64,000 nucleotides of DNA from Alphaproteobacteria bacterium. GTDB lineage: Bacteria > Pseudomonadota > Alphaproteobacteria > SHVV01. Positions 37,703 through 47,545 of the stretch are shown here, one piece after another (positions within the stretch are counted from its first letter, which is position 1; each line of letters begins with the position of its first letter). The stretch covers positions 210,213 through 274,212 of the forward strand of contig CBDFHH010000002.1 in assembly GCA_965247665.1 (NCBI GenBank), written 5' to 3'. The position numbers and the translations under genes are program-made. The notes under the pieces are model-generated. The model saw only the letters and a program-made list of their open reading frames with translations. It made no database searches and was not told the origin of the DNA.

Positions 37703-38299
37703 ATGGCCATTCTGGACCACATCCAGAATTACCGCTGGCCCAAGAAGGGTGATCGACTCCTGCGGGAGTGCCCGGACGGGGAACGCGGTGCAGAATTTTC
37801 GAACGACGCCATTTCCCGGCATGTCCATGTCTGGGACGGTAACATGAAGGCCGGGGCAATTCTCATTAGTGCATGCGAGGAAGGCAGTCACGAACGCCAC
37901 GATCTGATTTACCCGATTCTGCTCAACTATCGCCACGCCATTGAATTGGCGATGAAATGGGTCATTTCACGGTATGGCCGCTATTCGACTGTTCAAATGG
38001 GTGACTTCCAGCATCATGATCTCTGGATGCTCTGGTGCTTGTGCAAACAGATCATTATTGAGGTTGGATCAGAGAGTGAGAGGATCCCCGTAGTCGAACA
38101 GGTGATCAAGGACCTCCACGACTTGGATAAATCGGGACAGACTTTTCGCTATTCCAGTTCCAAAGCGGGTGTCCCGATACAGCTGCCGGAGTACACGATC
38201 GATCTGCCAAACATCCGGGATGTGATGGAGGGTATAGCCCATTTCTTTGATGGCGTGGATGGCCAGCTAGATGCCCACTCATCCGCAGCAGATTGGTAA
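37703..38299 (+). CDS. 198-aa uncharacterised, predicted all-helical protein
   Basis: Low-GC ORF, divergent from the ATPase pair. Motifs are LIYPILLNYRHAIELAMKWV, HHDLWMLW and GQTFRYSS. Not assignable to a family by eye. Confidence 0.55.
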   Translation: MAILDHIQNYRWPKKGDRLLRECPDGERGAEFSNDAISRHVHVWDGNMKAGAILISACEEGSHERHDLIYPILLNYRHAIELAMKWVISRYGRYSTVQMGDFQHHDLWMLWCLCKQIIIEVGSESERIPVVEQVIKDLHDLDKSGQTFRYSSSKAGVPIQLPEYTIDLPNIRDVMEGIAHFFDGVDGQLDAHSSAADW

Positions 38300-38394
38300 G
38301 TGTAAGGCTTCCCCAGTGGGTTACTTCTCGTGGTACCGCCCGATCAGATCGGAGTCACAAGAAAATGTCGATCTCGGCGACGGCGGCGGTGCGG

Positions 38395-39090
38395 TTATCG
38401 GACTTCGCCCCTGCGCTGAGCCTCGCGCGAACGCTCATCGACGAGAACGGTCTCGCCAGCGACGGTGCGCTGGCCGACGACGACCTGGGGACGCATGCCG
38501 TCCGCGAGATAGACATCGACCCTGCTGCCGAAGCGGATCAAGCCGTAGCGCTCGCCCGCCCGCACCTCTTGACCTTCAGTCGCGTTGCAGACGATGCGGC
38601 GCGCAAAGCGGCCGGCGACCTGCACCACCGCGATCTCCTTGCCGCTGATCGTCTTAAGCAACACGGATTCGCGTTCATTGTCTTCACTATCCATCGCTTG
38701 CGGGTGCGACGCGGCGAACGCGCCGGCCCGATGCACGACCCGCGTAACCGTACCGCTCGCCGGCATGCGCTGAATATGGACGTCCTTCAGGCTGATATAG
38801 ATGGCGATTCGTGTCAGCGGGTCGTCGCCCATATCGAGCTCTTCCGGCGGCACGGCCGGACCGATCTGCGCCACCAAACCATCGGCAGGGGCGATGATCA
38901 GCTTGACGCGGATGGGCGTGACTCGGTCGGGATCGCGGAAAAAGAAAGCGCAGGCCAGCGTCAGCGCCAGGATCAGCCAGCCCAGAGGATCCCAGATATA
39001 GAAAAAGAACAGCGTCAGCACGAGGCCGACAGCGATGAACCTGTAGCCCTCGCGATTGATGGGCACGAGGATGTTTTCGAGCCAGTTCAC
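38395..39090 (-). CDS. psd: phosphatidylserine decarboxylase (short alphaproteobacterial type)
   Basis: 231 aa with two N-terminal TM helices. Self-cleavage region is IRFGSRVDVYL. Confidence 0.9.
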   Translation of the reverse strand: MNWLENILVPINREGYRFIAVGLVLTLFFFYIWDPLGWLILALTLACAFFFRDPDRVTPIRVKLIIAPADGLVAQIGPAVPPEELDMGDDPLTRIAIYISLKDVHIQRMPASGTVTRVVHRAGAFAASHPQAMDSEDNERESVLLKTISGKEIAVVQVAGRFARRIVCNATEGQEVRAGERYGLIRFGSRVDVYLADGMRPQVVVGQRTVAGETVLVDERSREAQRRGEVR

Positions 39091-39243
39091 GTTTTACTCG
39101 CACCGGAAAAATGACTTTCGTCCAAGACCTTAGCATGAAGATCGCGCGCTATATATAAACCTGCGCCAAGCCAAACCGAGCACAGGGCGCAGCTCTACCC
39201 GCTGGTCGGCGCGCGACACGCCCGGCACCCAATAACCGGCTCC

Positions 39244-41130
39244 CTACCCGCCGGTCGCCAGCGCCTCGAGCTCGCGTTGGCGCCGCGCCGCTTCCTGCTG
39301 CTTGGCCCACATCGCCGCATACCGGCCACCCTTAGCGAGCAACGCCGAATGCGTACCGCGTTCGGCGATCTCGCCATCGTCGAGCACCAGAATCTCATCG
39401 GCATCGATGACCGTTGACAAGCGGTGGGCAATCACCAGCGTCGTGCGGTTTTGCGAGACCTCCGCGAGATTCGCTTGAATTTCCTTTTCCGTGTGAGAGT
39501 CGAGCGCCGAGGTCGCTTCGTCGAAGATCAGGATCTTGGGGTCCTTGAGGATGGTGCGCGCGATCGCCACGCGTTGCTTCTCGCCGCCGGACAGTTTCAG
39601 GCCGCGTTCTCCGACCACGGTGGCAAGCCCATCGGGCAATACGTCGATGAAATCGGCGATGTGAGCCATGCGCGCGGCGTGACGAATCTCATCATCGCCG
39701 GCGCCGGGGTGGCCGTAGCGGATGTTGTAGGCGATCGAAGCGTTAAACAGCACCGTGTCCTGCGGCACGATACCGATCGATTGGCGCAAGGACCCTTGCG
39801 CGACGTCTAGCAGATCCTGCCCGTCGATCCGGATTGCGCCGTCGGTCACGTCGTAGAAGCGGTATAGCAGCCGCGCGATGGTCGACTTGCCGGCACCGGT
39901 GGGACCGACGATCGCCAGCGACCTGCCCGGGGCGACCCGGAACGATACGTCCTTGAGGATCGTCCGCCGCCGGTCGTAACCGAAGGAAACGTGATCGAAC
40001 ACGACCTCGCCGTCATCGACCGCGATCGGTCTGGCATTGGCGGCGTCCTTGACCTCGGGCTCAATCAGGGTCAGCTCGAACATCTTCTCCATGTCCACCA
40101 GGGATTGCTTGATCTCGCGATACACGAAACCGAGGAAATTGAGCGGCAGGTAGAGTTGGATCAGGAAGGTGTTCACCAGCACGAAATCGCCGAGCGTCAT
40201 GGTGCCGTTGGCGACCCCGCGCCCGGCCAGCAGCATCACCACAATCAGACCTGCCGAGACGATCGCGCCCTGGCCGATATTGAGCAGCGACAGCGAGACC
40301 TTGCTACGCACGGCGGCGGTCTGATAGCGCTCGAGCGCGCTGTCGTAACGCGAGGCTTCGTGCCGCTCGTTGTTGAAATACTTGACCGTCTCGTAGTTGA
40401 TCAGACTGTCGATCGCCTTGGTGTTGGCTTCGCTGTCGGTGCGGTTCATCTCGCGCCGGTACTTGATACGCCACTCGGTGACGCTGACGGTCCAGGCGAT
40501 GAAACCGGCGATCGTAACGAAGGTCACCAAGCCCAGCCAGAAGTCGTAGCGCACCAGTAGAATGCCGCAGACCAGGAAGATCTCGAGCAGCGTCGGCAAA
40601 ATGTTGAACAATGTGAAGTTGAGAATGAATTCGATCGCCTTGGTGCCGCGTTCGATGACCCGCGACAGCCCACCGGTTTGACGATCGAGGTGGAAGCGCA
40701 AGGACAGGGCGTGCAGGTGGTTGAACGTCGCCAGCGCGACCGTGCGGATGGCATGCTGTCCAACCCGTGCAAATGCCGCATCGCGTAGTTCGCCGAACGC
40801 CTGAACGAACAGGCGCGCGACGCCGTAGCCAACGACGAACGCAATCGGTACGGCAATCACCGCGGCCTCGGTGTCGAGCGCGTCGATCGCGCCCTTATAG
40901 AGAAACGGCACATAGACGTTGGTGACCTTGGCCGCGACCAGGAACGACACGGCCAAAGCGACGCGCACTTTCAGGTTCCAGTATCCGCGCGGCCACAGGA
41001 ACGGTACCAACGACCGGATCGTGTCGAAATGCGTGCGTCCCACGCCGTCGGCGTGGGCGTCGAATTGGGTTGATCGGCTCACCGCGATCTCCAGCCCGCT
41101 AGTGTTGCCAACCTCGCTTGATCCAACCAA
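39244..41130 (-). CDS. ABC transporter, fused permease/ATPase, Atm1/HMT-type exporter
   Basis: 6-TM N-domain. Walker A GPTGAGKST, signature LSGGEKQR, Walker B ILIFDEATSALD. Confidence 0.9.
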   Translation of the reverse strand: MVGSSEVGNTSGLEIAVSRSTQFDAHADGVGRTHFDTIRSLVPFLWPRGYWNLKVRVALAVSFLVAAKVTNVYVPFLYKGAIDALDTEAAVIAVPIAFVVGYGVARLFVQAFGELRDAAFARVGQHAIRTVALATFNHLHALSLRFHLDRQTGGLSRVIERGTKAIEFILNFTLFNILPTLLEIFLVCGILLVRYDFWLGLVTFVTIAGFIAWTVSVTEWRIKYRREMNRTDSEANTKAIDSLINYETVKYFNNERHEASRYDSALERYQTAAVRSKVSLSLLNIGQGAIVSAGLIVVMLLAGRGVANGTMTLGDFVLVNTFLIQLYLPLNFLGFVYREIKQSLVDMEKMFELTLIEPEVKDAANARPIAVDDGEVVFDHVSFGYDRRRTILKDVSFRVAPGRSLAIVGPTGAGKSTIARLLYRFYDVTDGAIRIDGQDLLDVAQGSLRQSIGIVPQDTVLFNASIAYNIRYGHPGAGDDEIRHAARMAHIADFIDVLPDGLATVVGERGLKLSGGEKQRVAIARTILKDPKILIFDEATSALDSHTEKEIQANLAEVSQNRTTLVIAHRLSTVIDADEILVLDDGEIAERGTHSALLAKGGRYAAMWAKQQEAARRQRELEALATGG

Positions 41131-41361
41131 GCGCGTTTGGCAACCGGTTTCGCTTCATTTCCAAACATTTGCCCGACCAATGTTCCCTGAGTTTGGGCCA
41201 CGGGGCCGACGCGGCAGCGGCGATCCAAACAATCGCATCCCATGCCATTGCCGGCGCGCCTGCATCAGGCGGCGGTACTCGTCGACGGCCTGGCTTGCGC
41301 CTGCCCCCCGCTCGAGGATTGCGGAGCGTTCGGCGGGGCCTATCGACCCCGACAGCTCGAG

Positions 41362-43705
41362 TTAGTTGGAAGCGGGATCGGGCGGAACCACGAAGATCTG
41401 GTCAGGATAGATCAGGTGGGGATCGCTGATCTGCTCGGCGTTGGCCGCGAATATCAGAGTGTATTTGATGCCCATCCCGTAAGTCGCACGGGCGATGCGC
41501 CACAGACTGTTGCCGGGCTTAATCACGACCGTGCCAGGTGCCAGCGCGCCGGGTTTGATCGTCGCGCGACTGAACGCCAGGTTGAGCTTAGCCAACACGA
41601 CGCCGCCCTCGTCGACCTCCTCGATCCGAATCGCGTGTTGGCCGGATATCACGGGCTCGGATGGCGAGATCTGCCAGTCGCCGGCGGCGTCGGTCTCCCC
41701 CGTGCCCACGGTCTGATCGTCAAACTTGGCGTGGACCTCGCTGCCCGGCGTTGCCTTACCCGACAGCACCACCCGGCCTTCGTCGTCATAGTCGATGACT
41801 TTAAGGCTGAGATCCTCTCCGGTCTTTTCCTCCTCCGGTTTCGCCAACTCGGCCCCCTCCGCAGCCGTGGGCGGCGCGTCGGTCGTGGCTGGGGAGGAGT
41901 CCTGCGATGCGCCGGGTTTCGCTTGCGGATCGGGGTCCTTGACGGTCTCGGCCGGTTTGGGTGGTGGCGGCGCCTGCAGCAACTTACTGCCGCCGCCCTC
42001 GCGCGGCGTCAACACCACGACGGGAGCGCGCTGCTCGCCCTCGCCCTTGGGCGTCTTCCCCGGTACGAACAGCACCACCACGTCCTTGGACGATTTCCGC
42101 TCGCCCGCCACGGTCTTCTGTTCCAGGCTCAACTGACGGGCGCCGCTCGGTAACGGTTTTTCCGGCACCAATACCCACTCGCCACGCTCGTCCGCGGTCA
42201 CCTTGCCGACCACGTTGCCGGCATCCTTGACGGTCACCTCGGCGCCGGGATCGGCCCGCCCGGCGATGACCGCATCGCCTTGGGGGTTGACCCGGACAAC
42301 ATCAAAGCTGGGCGGCTTGGCCTCGCTCTCCTGCCGTGCCGTGGGTTCGGCTGCTTCCGTCTTCGCGGTTTCGGGCGGCGACGGCTCGGCCGCCGGCGAC
42401 ACCGCTTCGGCAACCACCGTCTCTTGCCGCGCCGTGGGTTCGGTCGCCTCCGTCTTTGCGGTCTCGGTTGTCGGCGATGCCGCCTCGGTTGTAGCCGGCG
42501 CTTGGTCGGCCATCGCCGTCTCTTGCCGCGCCGCGGGTTCGGCTGCCTTCGTCTTCGCGGTTTCGGTCGTCGGCGGTGCCGCGTCGGCCATCGCCGTCTC
42601 TTGCGGCGCCGCAGGCTCGGCTGCCTCCGTCTTCGCGATTTCGGTCGTCGTCGGCGCCGCGTCGGCCACCGCCGTCTCTTGCGGCGCCGCAGTGTCGGCC
42701 GCCTTCATCTCCGCGGTCTCGGTTGTCGGCGGCGCCGCGTCGGCCATCGCCGTCTCTTGCTGCGCCGTAGGCTCGGCTGCCTTCATCTTCGCGATTTCGG
42801 TCGTCGTCGGCGCCGCGTCGGCCACCGCCGTCTCTTGCGGCGCCGCAGTGTCGGCCGCCTTCATCTCCGCGGTCTCGGTTGTCGGCGGCGCCGCGTCGGC
42901 CCGCGTCGGCCACCGCCGTCTCTTGCGGCGCCGTAGGCTCGGCTGCCTTCATCTTCGCGATTTCGGTCGTCGTCGGCGCTGCGCCGGCCACCGCCGTCTC
43001 TTGCTGCACCGCAGGCTCGGCTGCCTCCGTCTTCGCGATTTCGGTCGTCGTCGGCGCCGCGTCGGCCACCGCCGTCTCTTGCGGCGCCGCAGTGTCAGCC
43101 GCCTTCATCTCCGCGGTCTCGGTTGTCGGCGGCGCCGCGTCGGCCATCGCCGTCTCTTGCGGCGCCGCAGGCTCGGCTGCCTTTGTCTTCGTGGGGTCGG
43201 TTGTCGGTGACACCGCGTCGGCCATCGCCGTCTCTTGCTGCGCCGTAGGCTCGGCTGCCTTCATCTCTGCGGTCTCGGTCGCCGGCGACACCGCGTCGGC
43301 AACCACCGTTTCTTGCGGCGCCGCAGGCTCGGCTGCCTCCGTCTTCGCGGTTTCGGTTGTCGGCGGCGCCGCGTCGGCCATCGCCGTCTCTTGCGACGCC
43401 GCAGTGTCAGCCGCCTTCATCTCCGCGGTCTCGGTTGTCGGCGGCACCGCGTCGGCCATCGCCGTCTCTTGCGGCGCCGCAGTGTCAGCCGCCTTCATCT
43501 CCGCGGTCTCGGTTGTCGGCGGCGCCGCGTCGGCCATCGCCGTCTCTTGCGGCGCCGCAGGCTCGGCTGCCTTCGTCTTCGCGGTCTCGGTTGACGCCGG
43601 TGCCGTGTCACCCGCTCCCGGTCCAAACCGGAACGCATCTAAATAGATGGCGGCAACGACCGCAACGATCACCACGACCAGACTGGCGATGAGGGTTCCG
43701 CGCAA
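41362..43705 (-). pseudogene. membrane-anchored, repeat-rich LysM-domain protein, interrupted by a +1 frameshift (10-bp tandem duplication at 42891-42910)
   Basis: ORF 42302..43705 holds the TM anchor plus 26-aa repeats. ORF 41362..42864 holds more repeats, two Ig-like segments and a C-terminal LysM (VIKPGNSLWRIARATYGMGIKYTLIFAANAEQISDPHLIYPDQIF). The two join if one copy of CCGCGTCGGC is removed. Confidence 0.75.
42325..43588. repeat. about sixteen tandem 78-bp (26-codon) coding repeats, consensus peptide ETA(K/E)(T/M)KAAEPAAPQETAMADAAPPTT
   Basis: Periodicity read from the translation of both ORF halves. Confidence 0.9.
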
Positions 43706-43819
43706 GATTATTACTCCTAATTCGTGGAGCGGTATTACCGCCCGGTGACTTTAGTATGCGCCCGCGTTGGCGACAATCCGTATGGCTCGCGCCGGCCGCA
43801 TTTGCGCTCGATTACGCCC

Positions 43820-44743
43820 CTATCCGCCCTGTTTGGGCTTGATCGGATTGCGAATGGGCGGCAACGCGCGCAGATAGACGGCGATCGCCTTGAGGTCGGC
43901 ATCGGTCAAGTATTTGAGGCCATCCTCGACAGCTTCGCCCATCGTACCCTGAACGTCGTCGAAATTCGGTTTGAAGCCGGTCTTGAGCAATTGCACGATG
44001 TCGCCTTCGCTCCAGTCGCCGATGCCGGTTTCCTTATCCGGGGTGATATTGGGCACGAACACGCCGTCGGGGCCGTCGACATTGCCGGCCAACCACATGT
44101 CGCGGTCGAGAGCGCCGAACGCGTTGCGGCGCGTGTGGCACTCGCCGCAGTGGCTCAGCGCTTCGACCAGATAGGCGCCGCGGTTCCATTCCGTGGATTG
44201 CGCCGGATCCGGCACGTACTCGCCCGCATCGAAGAACAACAGCTTCCAACCGGCCTGAAGCAGGCGCCAGTTGAACGGGAAGCCGACATCGTGGTCCCGG
44301 TTGGGACGCACGACCGGCGCCAGCAAAAACAGATAGGCCTTGATGGCCAGGGCGTCGGCGCGGGTCATCCGCGTGTAGGTGGTGTAGGGAAAGACGGGAA
44401 AATAGTGCGCGCTGTCGGGACGCACCCCGTCACGCAGAGCACGGACGAATTTGTCGTCGGTCCAAGCGCCGATCCCGGTCTCGCGATCAGGGGTGATATT
44501 GGGGCTTAAGAAAGTCCCGAACGGCGTCTTGAGCGGGCGGCCGCCGGCGAACGTCTCTCCGTCCTTGGCGGTATGGCAGGTCACGCAGCCGCCGGCCCGC
44601 ACCAGGTAGGCGCCCCGCTCGGTCGCGCCGGCTTCGTCGGCAGCGAACGAAGCCGGCGTACCAGCCGCCAAACCCACGAACATGAGCCCTGCCCACATGG
44701 CCGGCAGAGCGGTGAATCGACGCGCTTTGATCCCCAGGTTCAT
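43820..44743 (-). CDS. dihaem c-type cytochrome
   Basis: Has a signal peptide and two CxxCH motifs (CVTCH, CGECH) in duplicated class-I cytochrome c domains. Confidence 0.85.
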   Translation of the reverse strand: MNLGIKARRFTALPAMWAGLMFVGLAAGTPASFAADEAGATERGAYLVRAGGCVTCHTAKDGETFAGGRPLKTPFGTFLSPNITPDRETGIGAWTDDKFVRALRDGVRPDSAHYFPVFPYTTYTRMTRADALAIKAYLFLLAPVVRPNRDHDVGFPFNWRLLQAGWKLLFFDAGEYVPDPAQSTEWNRGAYLVEALSHCGECHTRRNAFGALDRDMWLAGNVDGPDGVFVPNITPDKETGIGDWSEGDIVQLLKTGFKPNFDDVQGTMGEAVEDGLKYLTDADLKAIAVYLRALPPIRNPIKPKQGG

Positions 44744-44787
44744 GTGTTCTCAACGTTGCGCCGCTTCGCGGCGCCGGCAAGGCGAGC

Positions 44788-44827
44788 CGGAAAAGAAAGG
44801 AGCGGCCGCACAATCGTTGTGGGCCGC
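44788..44827 (-). terminator. Rho-independent terminator after the cytochrome c' gene
   Basis: On the minus strand: GCGGCCCACAA-CGA-TTGTGCGGCCGC (11-bp stem, one bulge) followed by TCCTTTCTTTTCC. Confidence 0.55.
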
Positions 44828-44862
44828 CCCAATCGGAATACGCCGTGTCGCGCGACGTTCGA

Positions 44863-45324
44863 TTATCTCTTCGCGGCGCGATAAGGCTTGTGGCAGCTGC
44901 CGCAGGCCTTGCCGACAGCGCCGGCAGCCGCGCCGATCTTGCCCATATCACCGCTATCGGCAAGCGCGGCGAGGGCGTTTGCCGCCGACACCAGGTCGGC
45001 CGCGGCCTTTTCGAAGCCGGCGCGATCCGACCAAATTTCCGGCTTGGTACGGCCGCCGTCGGATCCCGACGGGAACATGGCCACCACCGAGGCGGCGATG
45101 GGCGCCAACGCCTTGGCGTGGTGCGGGATGTTGGCCTTGGCGTTCACCTCGCCCTTCATGTTCTGGAAAATGCCGCCGAGATGCGCTGCGAGCGACCACA
45201 TCACGCCGTTACGGTATTTCAACATCTTTTCGTCGGCAGCCGCGTCGGGCGTGGTCGGCATTACCAGCGCCGTTAGCGCCGCGCACACGGCGGCGAGCAC
45301 GATGATTCTAAAGGTGTTCTTCAT
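44863..45324 (-). CDS. cytochrome c' (class II cytochrome c)
   Basis: 153 aa with a signal peptide, four-helix pattern and a C-terminal CGSCHKPYR haem site. ATG 45324 has the SD GGAGGA. Confidence 0.85.
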   Translation of the reverse strand: MKNTFRIIVLAAVCAALTALVMPTTPDAAADEKMLKYRNGVMWSLAAHLGGIFQNMKGEVNAKANIPHHAKALAPIAASVVAMFPSGSDGGRTKPEIWSDRAGFEKAAADLVSAANALAALADSGDMGKIGAAAGAVGKACGSCHKPYRAAKR

Positions 45325-45548
45325 GAGTTCGGGTCCTCCTTCATACCGGTCACTCCCCCCTCGGGTATTTTGGGTTTGATAGATTAACACCCTCTCCCAG
45401 CGGTTCATTCCAGGCTATTCACGCTTTCGTGAGCACAGCGGCACGCCAATCCTTCGTCGGCAAGGTCGCGGTTGCGCACCGTGACGCGAACGGCTAACGC
45501 TATCCGCTCTCCGTTGGTGCCGAAATATGGCTGAATTTGTGCCGAAGC

Positions 45549-46133
45549 ATGGCTGAGCTTTCTTCCCTGTGCGTCTATTGCGGTTCGCGGGTCGGCACGG
45601 ATCCGTCCTTCCGGGCGGTTGCCGAACAGCTCGGCCAACGTTTGGCGAAAGACGGGATTCGTCTGGTTTTTGGAGGCGGTCGCATCGGAATGATGGGTGC
45701 CGTCGCCGATGCCGTGATGGCGGCTGGCGGCATAGCGATTGGCGTTATCCCCGAGCACCTATCGGGGGTCAAGATCGCCCACGCCGGCCTCACGGAAATC
45801 CATGTCGTCAATAGCATGCACGCGCGTAAGCAAAAAATGTTCGAACTGGCGGACGCATTCGCGGTCCTACCCGGCGGTCTCGGCACGCTCGACGAAGCTA
45901 TCGAGGTGCTGACTTGGCGCCAACTCGGCTTGCACGACAAACCGATCGTCGTCGTCGACCATGGCGGCTACTGGCAACCGCTCGAGACGCTGATCCGCCA
46001 TACCATTGCCCGCGGCTTCGCTGGTTCCGAGGCCGTCGATCTCTACGCCGTCGTCAATACGATCGACGATCTGTTCGCGGCGATCGCCATAGCACCGCAC
46101 CCCTCCCTCCACACCGCCCCCCGGCGTTTGTAA
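45549..46133 (+). CDS. LOG-family (TIGR00730) nucleotide phosphoribohydrolase
   Basis: VYCGS ... VFGGGRIGMMG ... PGGLGTLDE motifs. Confidence 0.85.
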   Translation: MAELSSLCVYCGSRVGTDPSFRAVAEQLGQRLAKDGIRLVFGGGRIGMMGAVADAVMAAGGIAIGVIPEHLSGVKIAHAGLTEIHVVNSMHARKQKMFELADAFAVLPGGLGTLDEAIEVLTWRQLGLHDKPIVVVDHGGYWQPLETLIRHTIARGFAGSEAVDLYAVVNTIDDLFAAIAIAPHPSLHTAPRRL

Positions 46134-46330
46134 ACCCGAGCAGATCTTGCGCTCGGAAATGACGATGATAATGTGCGCGCGCCGTCGTCGGAGCCCAGGG
46201 TTCGCGATTGCCAAACCGTTTCACGGAGCCCCTGCGCGACATCCGTGTATTGGTCGCGCGGTGACCGCTCTACGGTTTTCCGGCAAACCGGCCGTGGTGG
46301 CGGCCGCCGCAGGTCGGAAGAAGGACGCTC

Positions 46331-47545
46331 ATGGCCAAAATCAAAGTTAAAAACCCAATCGTAGAAGTCGATGGCGACGAGATGACCCGCATTATCTGGG
46401 CGTTCATCAAAGAGAAGCTGATCCTCCCCTACCTCGACGTCGAGCTCAAATATTTCGACCTCGGCATCGAGAAGCGCGACGAAACCGACGATCACATCAC
46501 CATCGATGCGGCCAACGCAATCAAGGAGCACGGCGTTGGCGTCAAATGCGCGACCATCACCCCCGACGAGGCACGGGTCGAGGAGTTCAATCTCAAACAG
46601 ATGTGGCGCTCGCCCAACGGGACCATCCGCAACATCCTCGGCGGCACGGTTTTCCGCGAGCCCATCATATGCGGCAATATCCCGCGCCTGGTGCCGGGGT
46701 GGACCAAGCCGATCGTCATTGGCCGTCACGCTTTCGGCGACCAGTACCGCGCCACCGACATGGTCATTCCAGGTTCCGGTAGGCTGAAGATCACGTTCGA
46801 GCCGGACAATGGCGGCGACACCATCGAGCGGGAGATCTTCCACTTTCCGGGCGGCGGCGTTGCCCTCGGCATGTACAACCTCGATGAGTCGATCCGCGAT
46901 TTCGCGCGCGCCTGCATGAACTATGCGCTGGACCGCAAATGGGAACTCTACATGTCGACCAAGAACACGATCCTCAAGGTCTATGACGGGCGCTTCAAGG
47001 ATCTGTTTCAGGAAGTGTATGAAAGCGAGTTCAAGGACAGGTTCGAGGCGGCCGGCTCGCACTACGAGCATCGCCTGATCGACGACATGGTGGCGTGCGC
47101 GCTCAAATGGGAAGGCGGCTTCGTGTGGGCGTGCAAGAATTACGACGGCGACGTGCAGTCCGATACGGTGGCCCAGGGATTCGGCTCGCTGGGTCTTATG
47201 ACGTCGGTGCTGATGACGCCGGACGGCAAGACGGTCGAAGCCGAAGCGGCCCATGGCACGGTCACCCGCCACTACCGCGCGCACCAGCGCGGCGAGGAGA
47301 CCTCGACCAATCCGATCGCATCGATCTTCGCCTGGACCCGCGGCTTGATATATCGCGGCCGGATGGACGACACGCCGGACGTGGTGGGATTCGCCGACAC
47401 GCTGGAAAAAGTCTGCGTCGGTACGGTCGAATCGGGTTCGATGACGAAGGATCTGGCGATTCTGGTCGGTCCCGACCAGAAGTGGCTGACCACCAACCAG
47501 TTCCTCGACGCCCTCGACGCGGGCCTGCAAAGGGCCGTGGGTTAG
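46331..47545 (+). CDS. icd: NADP-dependent isocitrate dehydrogenase (404-aa type)
   Basis: Full-length match to the conserved IDH sequence ([23 protein letters not shown] ... NYDGDVQSD ...). Confidence 0.95.
   Translation: MAKIKVKNPIVEVDGDEMTRIIWAFIKEKLILPYLDVELKYFDLGIEKRDETDDHITIDAANAIKEHGVGVKCATITPDEARVEEFNLKQMWRSPNGTIRNILGGTVFREPIICGNIPRLVPGWTKPIVIGRHAFGDQYRATDMVIPGSGRLKITFEPDNGGDTIEREIFHFPGGGVALGMYNLDESIRDFARACMNYALDRKWELYMSTKNTILKVYDGRFKDLFQEVYESEFKDRFEAAGSHYEHRLIDDMVACALKWEGGFVWACKNYDGDVQSDTVAQGFGSLGLMTSVLMTPDGKTVEAEAAHGTVTRHYRAHQRGEETSTNPIASIFAWTRGLIYRGRMDDTPDVVGFADTLEKVCVGTVESGSMTKDLAILVGPDQKWLTTNQFLDALDAGLQRAVG

Noticed and set aside
42325-43588. Regular 78-bp tandem repeats that could superficially suggest a CRISPR array.
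   Set aside because: The units are contiguous with no unique spacers. The period is a multiple of three and they translate into a conserved 26-aa peptide repeat inside a long ORF. No cas genes are nearby. This is a coding repeat, not CRISPR.
42203-43646. Long plus-strand ORFs (42203..43210, 42280..42936, 42879..43646, 43235..43594, 43357..43692) across the repeat region.
   Set aside because: They are antisense or alternative frames of the repeat array. They stay open only because of the repetitive GC-rich composition. Their products are low-complexity Ala/Ser/Arg/Leu strings with no start context.
46043-47530. 495-aa minus-strand ORF covering the icd locus.
   Set aside because: It is a shadow ORF antisense to an unmistakable full-length isocitrate dehydrogenase. 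It has an Arg/Gly-rich composition and no motifs.
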